Below, piece after piece: positions 10,904 through 20,577 of a DNA stretch of 28,191 bases. Each line of letters starts with the position of its first letter. The stretch's first letter is position 1. Under the pieces are notes generated by a model. That model had not been told where the DNA came from. It ran no database searches and worked only from the letters and a program-made list of their open reading frames with translations. Origin of the DNA: Oopsacas minuta (lineage: Eukaryota; Animalia; Porifera); assembly GCA_024704765.1 (NCBI GenBank), contig JAKMXF010000037.1, forward strand, positions 31,827-60,017. The letters run 5' to 3'. Position numbers and translations under genes: made by a program.

Positions 10904-11041
10904 ATATCTTTGAAGTTAAACAGAGTATTTCCCTGAATAAGCGCCAGATCACTTGTGTATATAATGCAGGAGAATACAACGGCGGTTCTAAAATGGTTGA
11001 GTATATATAATATACGTATACGATTATGTTTGCGCTCTAAG

Positions 11042-11121
11042 GTTGACACCTTTATAAATTAAGTTACCAAATTTGGCATGTGTACTCGTAGTGACCTCTA
11101 GTTGTGCACCTGACATTTGGA
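11042..11121 (+). repeat. Dispersed short repeat family, copy 2
   Basis: 72/80 identical to 4616-4695. Confidence 0.85.
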
Positions 11122-11181
11122 TATCGGTAGCAGTGGATACCGGTACCAGTGGATACAGGTAACAGTGGATACCGGTAACAT
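11118..11181 (+). repeat. 4 x 16-bp tandem repeat TGGATAC(C/A)GGTA(A/C)CAG
   Basis: Units start at 11118, 11134, 11150 and 11166. They are followed by a 10-bp-stem hairpin TGTAGCGAAA-tgtcgt-TTTCGCTACA (11185-11210). Confidence 0.9.
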
Positions 11182-11349
11182 GTCTGTAGCGAAATGTCGT
11201 TTTCGCTACATTGACATTTGCAGAATATATCCATCAGATCATACTATGACGAACTGCCATACAAGTGTTGACACCATATCAGCCTGAGAACGGATGTTAA
11301 TCTTCCGTATCTATCCCTCAAATGCATTTGATTTTGAGATAATACTTTC

Positions 11350-12680
11350 GTTTATCATGTTATCCGCTCCCAGACTGAAATAATGTGCTACACCCTGCAA
11401 GAACTCCATCTTAGTACGATGGTGAATAATATTCTCTAACTAGAGTCTTCAACGCTTGTTTACTCTGATGGGACCTACTCCGCTTGGTTGGCGGCTTCCC
11501 AGCAAGGTAGTTCGTCTGCTCCACCTCTACTAGGCCCTGCTCGCGCTTGAGGTCTAGGAGGAACTTCCATATGGTGAGGTGATGGCAGCCGAGAGTGGCA
11601 TTGAAGCTGCGGTGCCATGCCTCTACGGCATCGGTTGTACGGGTGAGTCCGAAGGGCGTGCTGAAGTGGTAGTTCCACAGGTCAATTGGGAACCTCGCCC
11701 CTACATGGTATCCACTGGCTAGCGTGCGACCGATATACGTCCTCTCAAGTAGTCAACTAGCTCGCCTATCTCAGGTGTAAGGGGGAGGTCCATTGGTACT
11801 TGGTCAAACAGATCGGGCACGTCTGCTGGTGGAGCGAATTCAAGGGCTGGTATCTTCCGGATGCCCATGGCCAGCTCTTCGTCATGCGTGTAGGCAGACT
11901 GCAAGCGTACAGACTGCACATGGCGCCAGATACTCTGTGTGAGATGGAAGAAGCAGCACTCACTACTGTGTTAAGCCAGACATGCTCAAAGCTGTTAATT
12001 GCGCCATTCTCAAAGTCCAGGAGCATCTGTTCAGGCTGGCAAGAGGACAGAGTAGGCAAATCTGCTCCCACATCCTACGGCAGGTATCCTCTGTTTTGCT
12101 GGGCAGTAGCACGAACAGGCTCGGTAACAGATGACCAGTCTTCATAGGATCGTCTCTTCCTCGGAGTCCATGCACCACATACACCTGGGCGAAGTGGGGA
12201 GGCTCCGTCTTGAAGGTGCCATCAGCTAGCCAGATCTTGCTTTACTTTAGCATCGGGAATTTACGTTGTGCCCCGAAGATGAGGAATCTATGTGCATCGT
12301 CTTCCCCAGAGTCATAGAGTAGGAACTGTTCCCGCTTGGCTGTCTGCTGGTATTCTGCAGGTAGAATCAACTCTGTTAGGGCGGTAGGCTGTACTGGAGC
12401 TGACAATACACTTGCACGCTGACGCTGTATCGTCCGTTTCAGGCTGTCCAGCTTAGGTAGTTTAGCAGCAGTACCCTCTGATGCTGTTAGCTACCCTCAC
12501 CGATTGTGTGGTGTGAGCTATCCTGTGTGTTCCGTGCTTTCCTCTTGATGCCGACCCTTATCTCACAGTAGGCCGTAGCCTGCACATCAGGTGCATGCAG
12601 ATGCTCATTTGTACACTTCACTATCTCCATTCCCTTCGTATGAACCCTTGCTTTCTCTTTCCCTCTCTCTCCCTCCATGC
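11350..12680 (-). pseudogene. MULE/Mutator transposase relic with partial FLYWCH-like N-terminus
   Basis: Stitched frames give ARVHT..NEHLHAPD, LPKLDSLKRTIQRQR, FLLYDSG, WLADGTFK (D1), MLLDFE (D2), CFFHL, RTTDAVEAWHRSF (E), IWKFL. Internal stops (e.g. 12243-45) and frameshifts are present. TIRs were not identified. Confidence 0.9.
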
Positions 12681-13267
12681 CAATGTGTCAAATCTCCTCT
12701 CTCCTACCTCTCTCCTACCCTTTTTCCTGATTTCCTCCTCATTCCTGACGGTGCAGCTACCAATTGAAGTGGACACTGGTCGAGATGTGGTAGCTGCACC
12801 GAAGTAGAACATAGTTTGTTTTCTAGGTTCTATTTGTTTGTTTAGTCTTCTGTTTGTTATTTAATAGATAAATGTTTAATTAATTAATTATATTTCTTGC
12901 AAGTTACTTTTTAATAATACAAGTAGTGCATATTTAAACTGGGAAACTAGGATTTATGAAGAGCTTTGGCTCAATAATCTCGACAAAAACAATGAAATAT
13001 ACACTTAAAACATTTCTACTTGGTCATCTGTACGTTGACTTAGTCGGCCTGGTTTCCCCTAATAGAGTGATCGTGAACCACAAGCGAAACTCGCTCGTTT
13101 ATATAAAATATTTCGAACATATATCCAGCACATATTTCAAGACGCAGCTTTGTTGCATCGTATATGGTGCCGGTGGGCGGTCTACATATATATAATCAAT
13201 AAACAATGTTTTTCGTAAACAGGGGCAAAACCAACACAGGGCGTGCTGCACAGCACTTCGATAACTG

Positions 13268-13341
13268 TGTACATCTAGATCTCATTGCGAGTATACATGC
13301 CAAATCTGGTCTTAACCCCTCCAAAGTCCAAAGGTGTGAAC
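13268..13341 (-). repeat. Dispersed short repeat family, copy 3 (inverted, diverged), next to a (CA)n(TA)n microsatellite at ~13363-13380
   Basis: Minus strand reads GTTCACACCTTTGG..CCAGATTTGGCATGTATACTCGCAATGAGATCTAGATGTACAC, matching copies 1 and 2. Confidence 0.7.
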
Positions 13342-13382
13342 AAGGAAGTAATTTCAAGTGAACACACACATATATATATACG

Positions 13383-13512
13383 CAGTGGAACATCTGAATT
13401 ACGGTCACCCTTGGACTTAGGTAAATGGCCGTAATTTCGGAGTTATCAATATAAATTGGTACTAATAAATGGCTGGAAGTCGGAATTATGGGGTGTCGGT
13501 AATTCTGAAATC
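13383..13512. mobile_element. Possible pogo/Tigger-like MITE remnant (CAGTGGAAC...GAATTACGGTCACC)
   Basis: CAGTGGAAC start beside a TA run, plus internal inverted motifs (GAATTACGG / CCGTAATTT / GGTAATTC). The right TIR is not clearly intact. Confidence 0.3.
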
Positions 13513-14637
13513 AATTAATGTTATGTCTATTGAAAATTTGGAATTCAACCGGGACAAATAAGCGGGCTCCCAAAAACATGTTTTAGCACCCACTGAATTC
13601 GCTGATCTATTTAGCAAATTCTGTACAGCAATTGGTAAACCAATTTTATTTAAGTTAGAATTAACAAACGAACTCAGACAAGAAATTAATTCAATTATTT
13701 AGCCATGTAAAACCTGTTAAATTATTAACAAAAATTGACCAATCAAAAGTGGAGCGAAATGTCTGGAACGAAATGTTGGGAATGTTTTGTCGGACTTCCG
13801 GGTGTCTTGTATTCTTATTTATTTACTATTGGATGTATACATATCAACCATTAATACGACTCAATATAGCGGTTCCATAGACCACATTAATGTTAATTCT
13901 ACTTTATAAAGTTGGGTAGAATATACTTTTGTACGTATAGCACAATTAATTACCAAATCGCTTACTAATTATGATGGACAATTCATTCACAAACTTCTCT
14001 GTTTCATAGACAAAATAGAAAGTATTTGCTAGTTAATTTTGTCCTTCTTCATTCAATATTATAATGTTATTGACAGGAACAGGAGTTGTTACTACAGTAG
14101 GTTGCGGATATAAGAACGACCTGGGAGTGGCAATATATCTTATATCCTACATGAAATATACTGGAAATATGAGAACCGTTATCCACAGATGATGGTGCTT
14201 ATATTCGACATGTTCTTATAACTGTCATCCACTGTATTCTAATATTTGTAATTTATCCTTGTAGGTGGTGGTGGCGACAGAGGCCAGCCAAGTGGTGGAG
14301 ATGGTCCCCAACGTGTCAAATCTTTCTACTCTCTTATTAATTCATAGCGTACTCACCGTCCTAGAGACTCGTATAGAGTTGTTTACTTTTATCGCTTACC
14401 TATTTCTACTGTATTTGCTCATTTCTAGAGTTGCGTATTCAAATATTGTGGGTATATCATTCTCCTATTACTTTATTGCTATATAGTTCAGTCTATTGGT
14501 TATTATATTGGTATTGGGTAATAATGAGATAATTATACATATATTTATTAGAAATACTTGAGGGATTTTAAGGGAATTATCTTTGTATTACAAATCGTAT
14601 TTACTGATTTTGTTCCACAACAATACTCACATATGTA

Positions 14638-14758
14638 CAGTAAACTCCCGTTATAACCAAGTAGTATATAAAGAAACTCTGGTTATAACGTAATGATTCT
14701 TTACCCACTATATATTGTGAATAATTGCTTCTATTCCATTATAACGAGAGTTATATCT
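14638..14758. mobile_element. pogo/Tigger-like MITE (TA|CAGTAAACTCCCGTTATAAC...)
   Basis: AACTCCCGTTATAA (14642-55) pairs 13/14 with TTATAACGAGAGTT (14739-52). The right terminus is degenerate. Confidence 0.5.
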
Positions 14759-17659
14759 GCTGAATCAGTTATTGTCTATTTATCCATCTATTAAAAGCAA
14801 TGAACAACGATCGTGTAAGCTGTTTAATTGATCCAGGTGGATGCATTATCATCATATACATTATAATACATACTCCTACTAATCTATAAAATTAATAGAT
14901 GCATTTCTGTAAGCAAACACATGTAACCACTAATAATATTTGAATAGATGAATAAATACGATACAATCCCGCATAAAATACTAAATTCAAACCGTATTTG
15001 AAAATAGTCGGCATATCTAGCTGTAATAACTGCTGGTCTCTTATTGAAGATAACATTCTTAGAATTTACTGGAATTCAGTACATAAATTCAACTAGTACG
15101 ATAATAGCACTCTCTTTCCTGTATAATTATTCTAATCCATCTTTTGTACTTTAATTATTTGATTGGTAATTATTTTTATCTCTCAACTTCTTTCATATTT
15201 ACATAAGTTACTACTTCTGGGAGTTATAACATACAAGTGATAACCTAGCCAGTCCCTACTACTGAGCCCTTCTAATTGCATTTATCATGTAGCGAGTATC
15301 ATTGTAAACTTTGTACATTGATATCAGTATCCTTGATATAAGTGTTTACCAAACTAGATTCACTGTTAGCGTTTGTCAGGAAAATGCAAAATTTATCCAA
15401 ACTCCTTACTCGGAAAAGGTATGCAACATCTCTTAATATTCGTTAAGTTAACTATAATTGGATAGGAAAACTTTTCACGTAATATTTTCATTGAACTTAG
15501 ATTTTACCACGCTTTGTGAATGTTAGAGATATCTCATAGCATATTTTTAGCAATTATAAGTATACGTTATCATAATATTTGAGTACGTGTAAGGTCTCAT
15601 ATCTCCTGTAAAAGGTGGAGTTGATTTGAAACTTATTCAGACGATGTCTCTTGAGCAATACATCCAATGATCTTGGTAGAGGTATAAGAAATTCATTGTT
15701 TGATTTGAGTAAGTAATCGCGCGTTAGAAATTGTCTTTTCTTGTGATTCTAATTCATGACTTTACTTCTAATCAGAAGCCTGTTGCGTAGGATTTTTACC
15801 GGCGTTGGATTTTGATCCGCAATACAAAATCCCAATAGCATAACCATGGTACGGGTCAAAATCCTACGATGTAATATATGCGTAGGATTTTGACCCGCAT
15901 ATAATGTATTATTGTCGTAGGGTTTTGACTCTAAAGTAATCTTACTTCTCTGTCATTTGACTTTTTCGAATTCCATACACTCTCATTACTTAATTCCCAC
16001 TAAATGTACGTAATGTAATTCAACTTTAGACTAGCTATACTTATACGTAACTGAATAAACAATTCAATTTAGCGTTGGATTCTAGAAAGTAGTGAATTTG
16101 TTAGATAACATGTAAACTATATTCCCACTACGTATGACTAGTTTACAATATGTATAATTATCCAAAATGCCAAAAATAGACAGTGTATATAAATATTTTG
16201 TAATAATATTACTTGGACAGAAGGTGGTAGGTATTTGATAATTGTATTTTATAACTCACAATAAATAATATAATTTAATATGTCAATCTATATATTGCAA
16301 TATATTCTATCGAATAACAAAAATTTTCAAGCATTAGCATGATAATGAATATTCGGAATATCTTAAGTACGAATTGTAGGCGATTCCATCTTGGCCCATT
16401 TCTCTATACTTCCTAACAAGCTTTAGGAATATACCACTGAAATATGTTCATCTCTTGGACAAGCGTAGACTATGCATTTGTTACGGAGTCTTGGTATAAT
16501 GTTGATACACATATAGAGTTGAGGTGAAAACCGCGAGCCTCTGGCACGCTGCGCGTGGTTCATTTGCATCCATTTGAATATTCTCATCTTCTGATACTTC
16601 TGCCTCTGAGATATCAGCTTCGGTTAGTAATCGGGGTTAGTTGGAGAAGTGATAAGATTGAGAAGGTTAGATGAATCAAATTCTCTCCCAAACATGAGAT
16701 AAAAGGGTGTGTAGCTTGTAGAGATTTTGGTTTGAGTATTTGGTGCTAGTACTGCTGTCTGTAATTTCTTTGTCCATTCAGTGTCCCCATTAGATTGCAT
16801 CGTGTTGATTATTCTATTTGTAAAAAGTGTTAAATTTATTCAAAGCTATCTAATTATAAACGACGTGTATTAAACGTATGGAAGGCTTATAATATATTTA
16901 TATTTATATTTAGCATCAACACCCACGTTTTCAATATTTTGTTGTGACTCAACAAGTCCGTTACTTTATGGGTGGTATGCTGTGGTTCTTCTGGTGTTGA
17001 CATTTATCTTGTGAAATTCTTGAAATTCCTATTTTGAAAGTAAATACGAGAACGATAACAATCTACTACCCGCCATGTATTTAGTCTTGTACAACAATAG
17101 TTAGAAAGATAAAACGATTAATAAGGTAAATATTCCATCAGAAGGTAGTAGCATTAATTCATAAATGACAATCCAATTTTCCACACGGTTTCTTAAATAT
17201 GGCCATCAGGACGTACAATTACCTACCAGGGTATATAGTGAAGCAATGCGCTGACAATTGGCAATGCAACATGTTACGTACGTGTATCCAATATAGTAAG
17301 TTGCATTGTGTATCAGGAATAATTCTTTGGTGTATTTACAATTACTAATCTCGAGTATGTAAAAAATATGAGTTACCTTGCTTGAGAATTCTGTTCCCTG
17401 ATCATGTTGGAGGATGTTAGGTTTACCGAATGAGAGATAAATTTCCTGTAAACAATCCAATATTTCTTTAGAAGTTTAAGTCTTGAGTGGTCGGGCAATT
17501 ACAAATTTACTCAGGTAGCACAGGATGACAAGAATGTGTTGAAATCCAAGTACAGTGCGAGACATATTGCATATGAGATCAATTCCACAATGACACCGTG
17601 GTTCTTCAGGAGGAGCAGAGGTTTGACAGTTATGGCAAGTTCAGATCTAGAACGGGAAA

Positions 17660-17769
17660 TGATTTAATTGTCAGTTTGTAGTCCAGTCTAATGTAATTTG
17701 CTACGTCCCAGATGTCCCACTAAATTAGCATTCCGTCCCGCTTTTTCTTCACTCAGGTTGGCAAATATG
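17660..17769 (-). mobile_element. Truncated hAT-type MITE in Ginger intron 2 (same family as 25439-25592)
   Basis: Minus strand CATATTTGCCAACCTGAGTGAAGAAAAAAGCGGGACG matches CATACTTGCCAACCTGAGTAAGGAAAAAAGCGGGACG at 25439. Confidence 0.7.
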
Positions 17770-17988
17770 TTTATGTGAAATACTCCCACTACCTATCCCA
17801 ATTACTAACTACCGCAAGGATCATTAGTTGTTAGATACATGATTGGTTGGTTGTACCGCACAAATAGATTTCCATATGATAAAATTGTATACCGGTATAC
17901 TAATATCATCAGATCGCACAAATAAAGGTGTATACAGTAGAATAATTACAAGGTGAATAACCTCAAACTATAAAATACATCCTGTTCT

Positions 17989-18091
17989 CAGACTTACCAA
18001 CCCCTTTTGCAAATTTCCCTGGATTATCGTTGCTAAATCCCTGGATTTCAAAATTTGTATTCCAGGTATCCCTGGAGGGTTGGTAAGTCTG
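17989..18091. mobile_element. 103-bp hAT-like MITE in Ginger intron 2
   Basis: Perfect 15-bp TIRs CAGACTTACCAACCC / GGGTTGGTAAGTCTG. Flanks TGTTCT on both sides (8-bp TGTTCTCA if one CA was lost at the left junction). Confidence 0.8.
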
Positions 18092-19410
18092 TGTTCTCAG
18101 CCACATTTTCTTGGAAAATCATATATGAAAGAAATAAGTAATTTAGTAACTCACGTAGGATCCAACATCATTGTATATGCCATTCCAATCATATTTGTTT
18201 CGGATTCCATCAATGGTAGTGTTGATTCCAGGTTGAGTGACATTGTGATAGAATCCGATAATGTTGTCAATTTCTGAGACTAGTGGAATCTCCAAGTATT
18301 TCACACAGCCATTCTTCTTTCTGAAAATCTACAAGAAAATTATTTTAGTCAAACTCAGAGGTTGTACGTGGCATTGAGGGGCAGAGGAGCCCCCTAGCGT
18401 TTTCGCCCTCTCATCTCCCTATGGTACACAAATTTAATGAGGCAACTACATATCTGCCCCCTCGCAGATATGTAGTTACCTCAAGATTTCTAATTATGTC
18501 CCGGAAATAAGTATAAATCAAAAATATCAGTTCAGGAATATACCTTCATTAGCTTATTCTCTTGAAAGTAAATACCTTTGCACTTTCTGACAAAATTCTT
18601 CTTTCTGTAGCGATCACTCTTGATTTCTGATGGGATAATATTCGTCTGGAGGTATCCACGAATTGCTTCATACTCTGTTGCATCCATAATGAAAAATGTC
18701 AAAAGTAAATACAAGCGTTGATGTTGAAATCAGGAAACAAAGTAAATGTTAGTTTGAGCATTTAGGAAGTCACACATGTATAAATACGAATACTATGTGA
18801 CTAGGGATGAAATGTTGATATTACTTGATTTGCAATTGCTACTTGCGGGTCAAAATCCTACGCAACAGCCCTATGAGCTCTGAAGAGGCTATCTGCTCTT
18901 TTTGAATCGACTGCTTGCAAAAAAACACTTTTCCCCGTAAAATAATAATATCATAACAGGTTTCGGTATTGGACTGGGAATCTCAAAAGAAGGAGAGTAA
19001 GGTTCCCAATTCAAAATTGAGTTAAATGTATCTTCGTAAGATGACGTGTGAATATATGATACTTGAATTATTATTAGTAGAATTAAGCAGGGAAGCATTT
19101 GAGCTGTTGGAATGTCTAATTCTTGTAATTATGAATAGTTATTATGTGATGTATTTATAACACCTTAGCGAAGATTAACTAGTGACAGGCGTGAATTATG
19201 CCAAATCCTAATGGGTTGTTCAGACGTTAGACCACCTGTCCCAATGACGGTCCACAAATGACAGGATTGGGCCCATAAAAAAAAACAGTCCTGAATTAAT
19301 TACATAGGAAAATTGTTGGTTGATACCTTCATTAAGATTCTTATAAATAAAATGTGATAAAGTGAGAGAAATATTTAATAAATAGTAAACAAACAAGTAA
19401 ACACAGGATA

Positions 19411-20577
19411 TTAATATATATTTACTACATTATCACCAAAACTAACACAAAAAATATCAAAGTTATTATTAACAATTATTCCTGTAGGATTATTACATTG
19501 AATTTTGTGTATCAGCTGTCCATCTTCAGTAAATATATTAATTGAATCTCCCAAACAATCGCTAATTATAATATTATTATACAAATCAAAACACAGAAAA
19601 ATAAATCCTCTTCCATTTTCTAATTTTATGAAACTTTTCAATAAATCACCTGATTTAGAGAATATGTGTATATTATTAATCTCATTAATGTCTGCTACAA
19701 ATATATTATTATTATTTATTTTGACGTCACACGGATGTTTAAGTTTGCCTTTTCCTATTTCTCTAATATATTCTAAATCAGAGCTGAATACTGCAATTCT
19801 ATTATTCATCCAATCTGCAACTAACACTTCTCCATTTGTGTCAGTTGTTAGACCAAAAGGGAGACTAACAACTTCCTTAACTCTCTTAATTAATTTGTAA
19901 TTTGTTTTAGAGAATTTAAAAATAGTAATAAGTCCCCAATCACTTACAAACCCCCATTCCTTATATAATGCTATACAGTATGGATACCTTAGCTGCTCTT
20001 TACCAAATTCATGAATGAACTTACCTTCTGTAGAGAAGATCTGTATTCTACTTTTGTCTGTGTCTGCTATATAGATCTTATCTCCATCTAGAGCTAGCCC
20101 ACGAAGATTGTTCAGCTCTCCTTTCTCACTTCCAGGTTTTCCTATCCTTCTGATTGGCTTTGTCTTGTTTTTGTAGGGTTCAGCTATCTCCTGAATAGAA
20201 CCCAACTTCTCCAGCTGTTCTAGGAGAGAGTCTAGACCCTCAATATAGAAGAAAGGGATTGGAATAGGTGTTTCTATTTCGTATTTCTTTTGTTCCTTTT
20301 TCCAATTCTTTATTTGATCTTCTTGGAGCTTTACTACTTCATTCTGTTGAATGCTAGTTTCCATTAATTGCCTGATCATCTTCTCCAGGTCTGCTAATTG
20401 TTTCTGTCGTGTATTCTCCTTTCTTAAATAATCCTGCTTCATATCGAACAGCTGGACAAGCAGCTGATCTCTCCTTTCTGTCGCAATCCTAATAATCTTC
20501 TCGAAGGTGGAATGGATCTTCTGTTCCACTAGTTCGAAATGGTTGGTAGAAATTTCATCTGAGTATTTGGTGGCCAT
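19411..20577 (-). CDS. Intact intronless 388-aa protein: N-terminal coiled coil + C-terminal NHL-repeat six-bladed beta-propeller (TRIM2/3/71/Brat-like C-terminal half, no RING or B-box)
   Basis: Open 1167-bp ORF with good start context (aacaaATGG). Helical Q/E/K-rich residues ~15-105, then repeats such as GKPGSEKGELNNLRGLALDGDKIYIADTDKSRIQIFSTEGKF, PYCIA, LPFGLTTDTNGEVLVADWMNNRIAVF, HPCDVKI..IFVAD, NPTGIIV. ATTAAA at 19374-79 on the coding strand is a possible polyA signal. Confidence 0.88.
   Translation of the reverse strand: MATKYSDEISTNHFELVEQKIHSTFEKIIRIATERRDQLLVQLFDMKQDYLRKENTRQKQLADLEKMIRQLMETSIQQNEVVKLQEDQIKNWKKEQKKYEIETPIPIPFFYIEGLDSLLEQLEKLGSIQEIAEPYKNKTKPIRRIGKPGSEKGELNNLRGLALDGDKIYIADTDKSRIQIFSTEGKFIHEFGKEQLRYPYCIALYKEWGFVSDWGLITIFKFSKTNYKLIKRVKEVVSLPFGLTTDTNGEVLVADWMNNRIAVFSSDLEYIREIGKGKLKHPCDVKINNNNIFVADINEINNIHIFSKSGDLLKSFIKLENGRGFIFLCFDLYNNIIISDCLGDSINIFTEDGQLIHKIQCNNPTGIIVNNNFDIFCVSFGDNVVNIY

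Larger units (their letters stand above)
16650..18687 (-). pseudogene. Ginger integrase/transposase: 5 exons (18687-18544, 18328-18155, 17646-17377, 17028-16927, 16813-~16650)
   Basis: All four introns are GT...AG with compatible phases (0,0,0,2). Spliced protein: MDATEYEAIRGYL..KKNFVRKCK (YPYY-like) / H2C2-type YH..PGINTT..KYDWNGIYNDVGSYI*TCHNCQ / GIDL (D) ..PNILQHDQGTEF (D) / TTAYHP*SNGLVE (E, D-x34-E) / W..LQTAVLA.NT..TSYTPFYLMFGRE. Three nonsense codons and a frameshift in exon 4. Confidence 0.88.
15781..18867 (-). mobile_element. Full-length Ginger-type (integrase-encoding, intron-containing) DNA transposon, 3087 bp
   Basis: Termini TGTTGCGTAGGATTTT(T/G)ACC(G/C)GC as 23-bp TIRs (2 mismatches), 5'-TGT...ACA-3'. 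Flanks AGCC|...|GCC (TSD of 3 bp GCC, or 4 bp AGCC sharing the terminal A). Encodes a Gypsy-like integrase with no RT, gag or LTRs. Confidence 0.85.
15299..19098 (-). pseudogene. Putative secreted-protein pseudogene split by the Ginger insertion (parts 19098-18868 and 15780-~15299)
   Basis: Starts with signal-peptide-like MLPCLILLIIIQVSYIHT. After one frameshift, removing the element and one TSD copy gives a frame across the junction: CYDIIILRGKVFFCKQSIQKEQIASSELIG|LLIRSKVMN*, then 64 open codons (NHKKRQFLTRDYLL...YYDNVYL). Family not recognised. Confidence 0.5.

Noticed and set aside
11475-12807. Several alternative-frame or antisense ORFs (11475-11678, 11766-12071, 11800-12147, 12595-12807, 12621-12812)
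   Set aside because: They are shadows of the less AT-rich MULE transposase relic, with no independent motifs.
14080-14486. Exon-like segments after TTGACAG and TTGTAG acceptors, and a hydrophobic 73-aa ORF
   Set aside because: There is no ATG start, the reading frame is ambiguous and no family was recognised. It cannot be supported without transcripts.
15781-18867. LTR retrotransposon (integrase plus TG...CA ends)
   Set aside because: The ends are inverted rather than direct repeats, there is no RT, RNaseH or gag, and spliceosomal introns are present.
19505-19900. 131-aa plus-strand ORF (also 21992-22216, 24225-24521, 24701-25003, 27896-28135)
   Set aside because: These are antisense shadows of the NHL gene and transposase ORFs.
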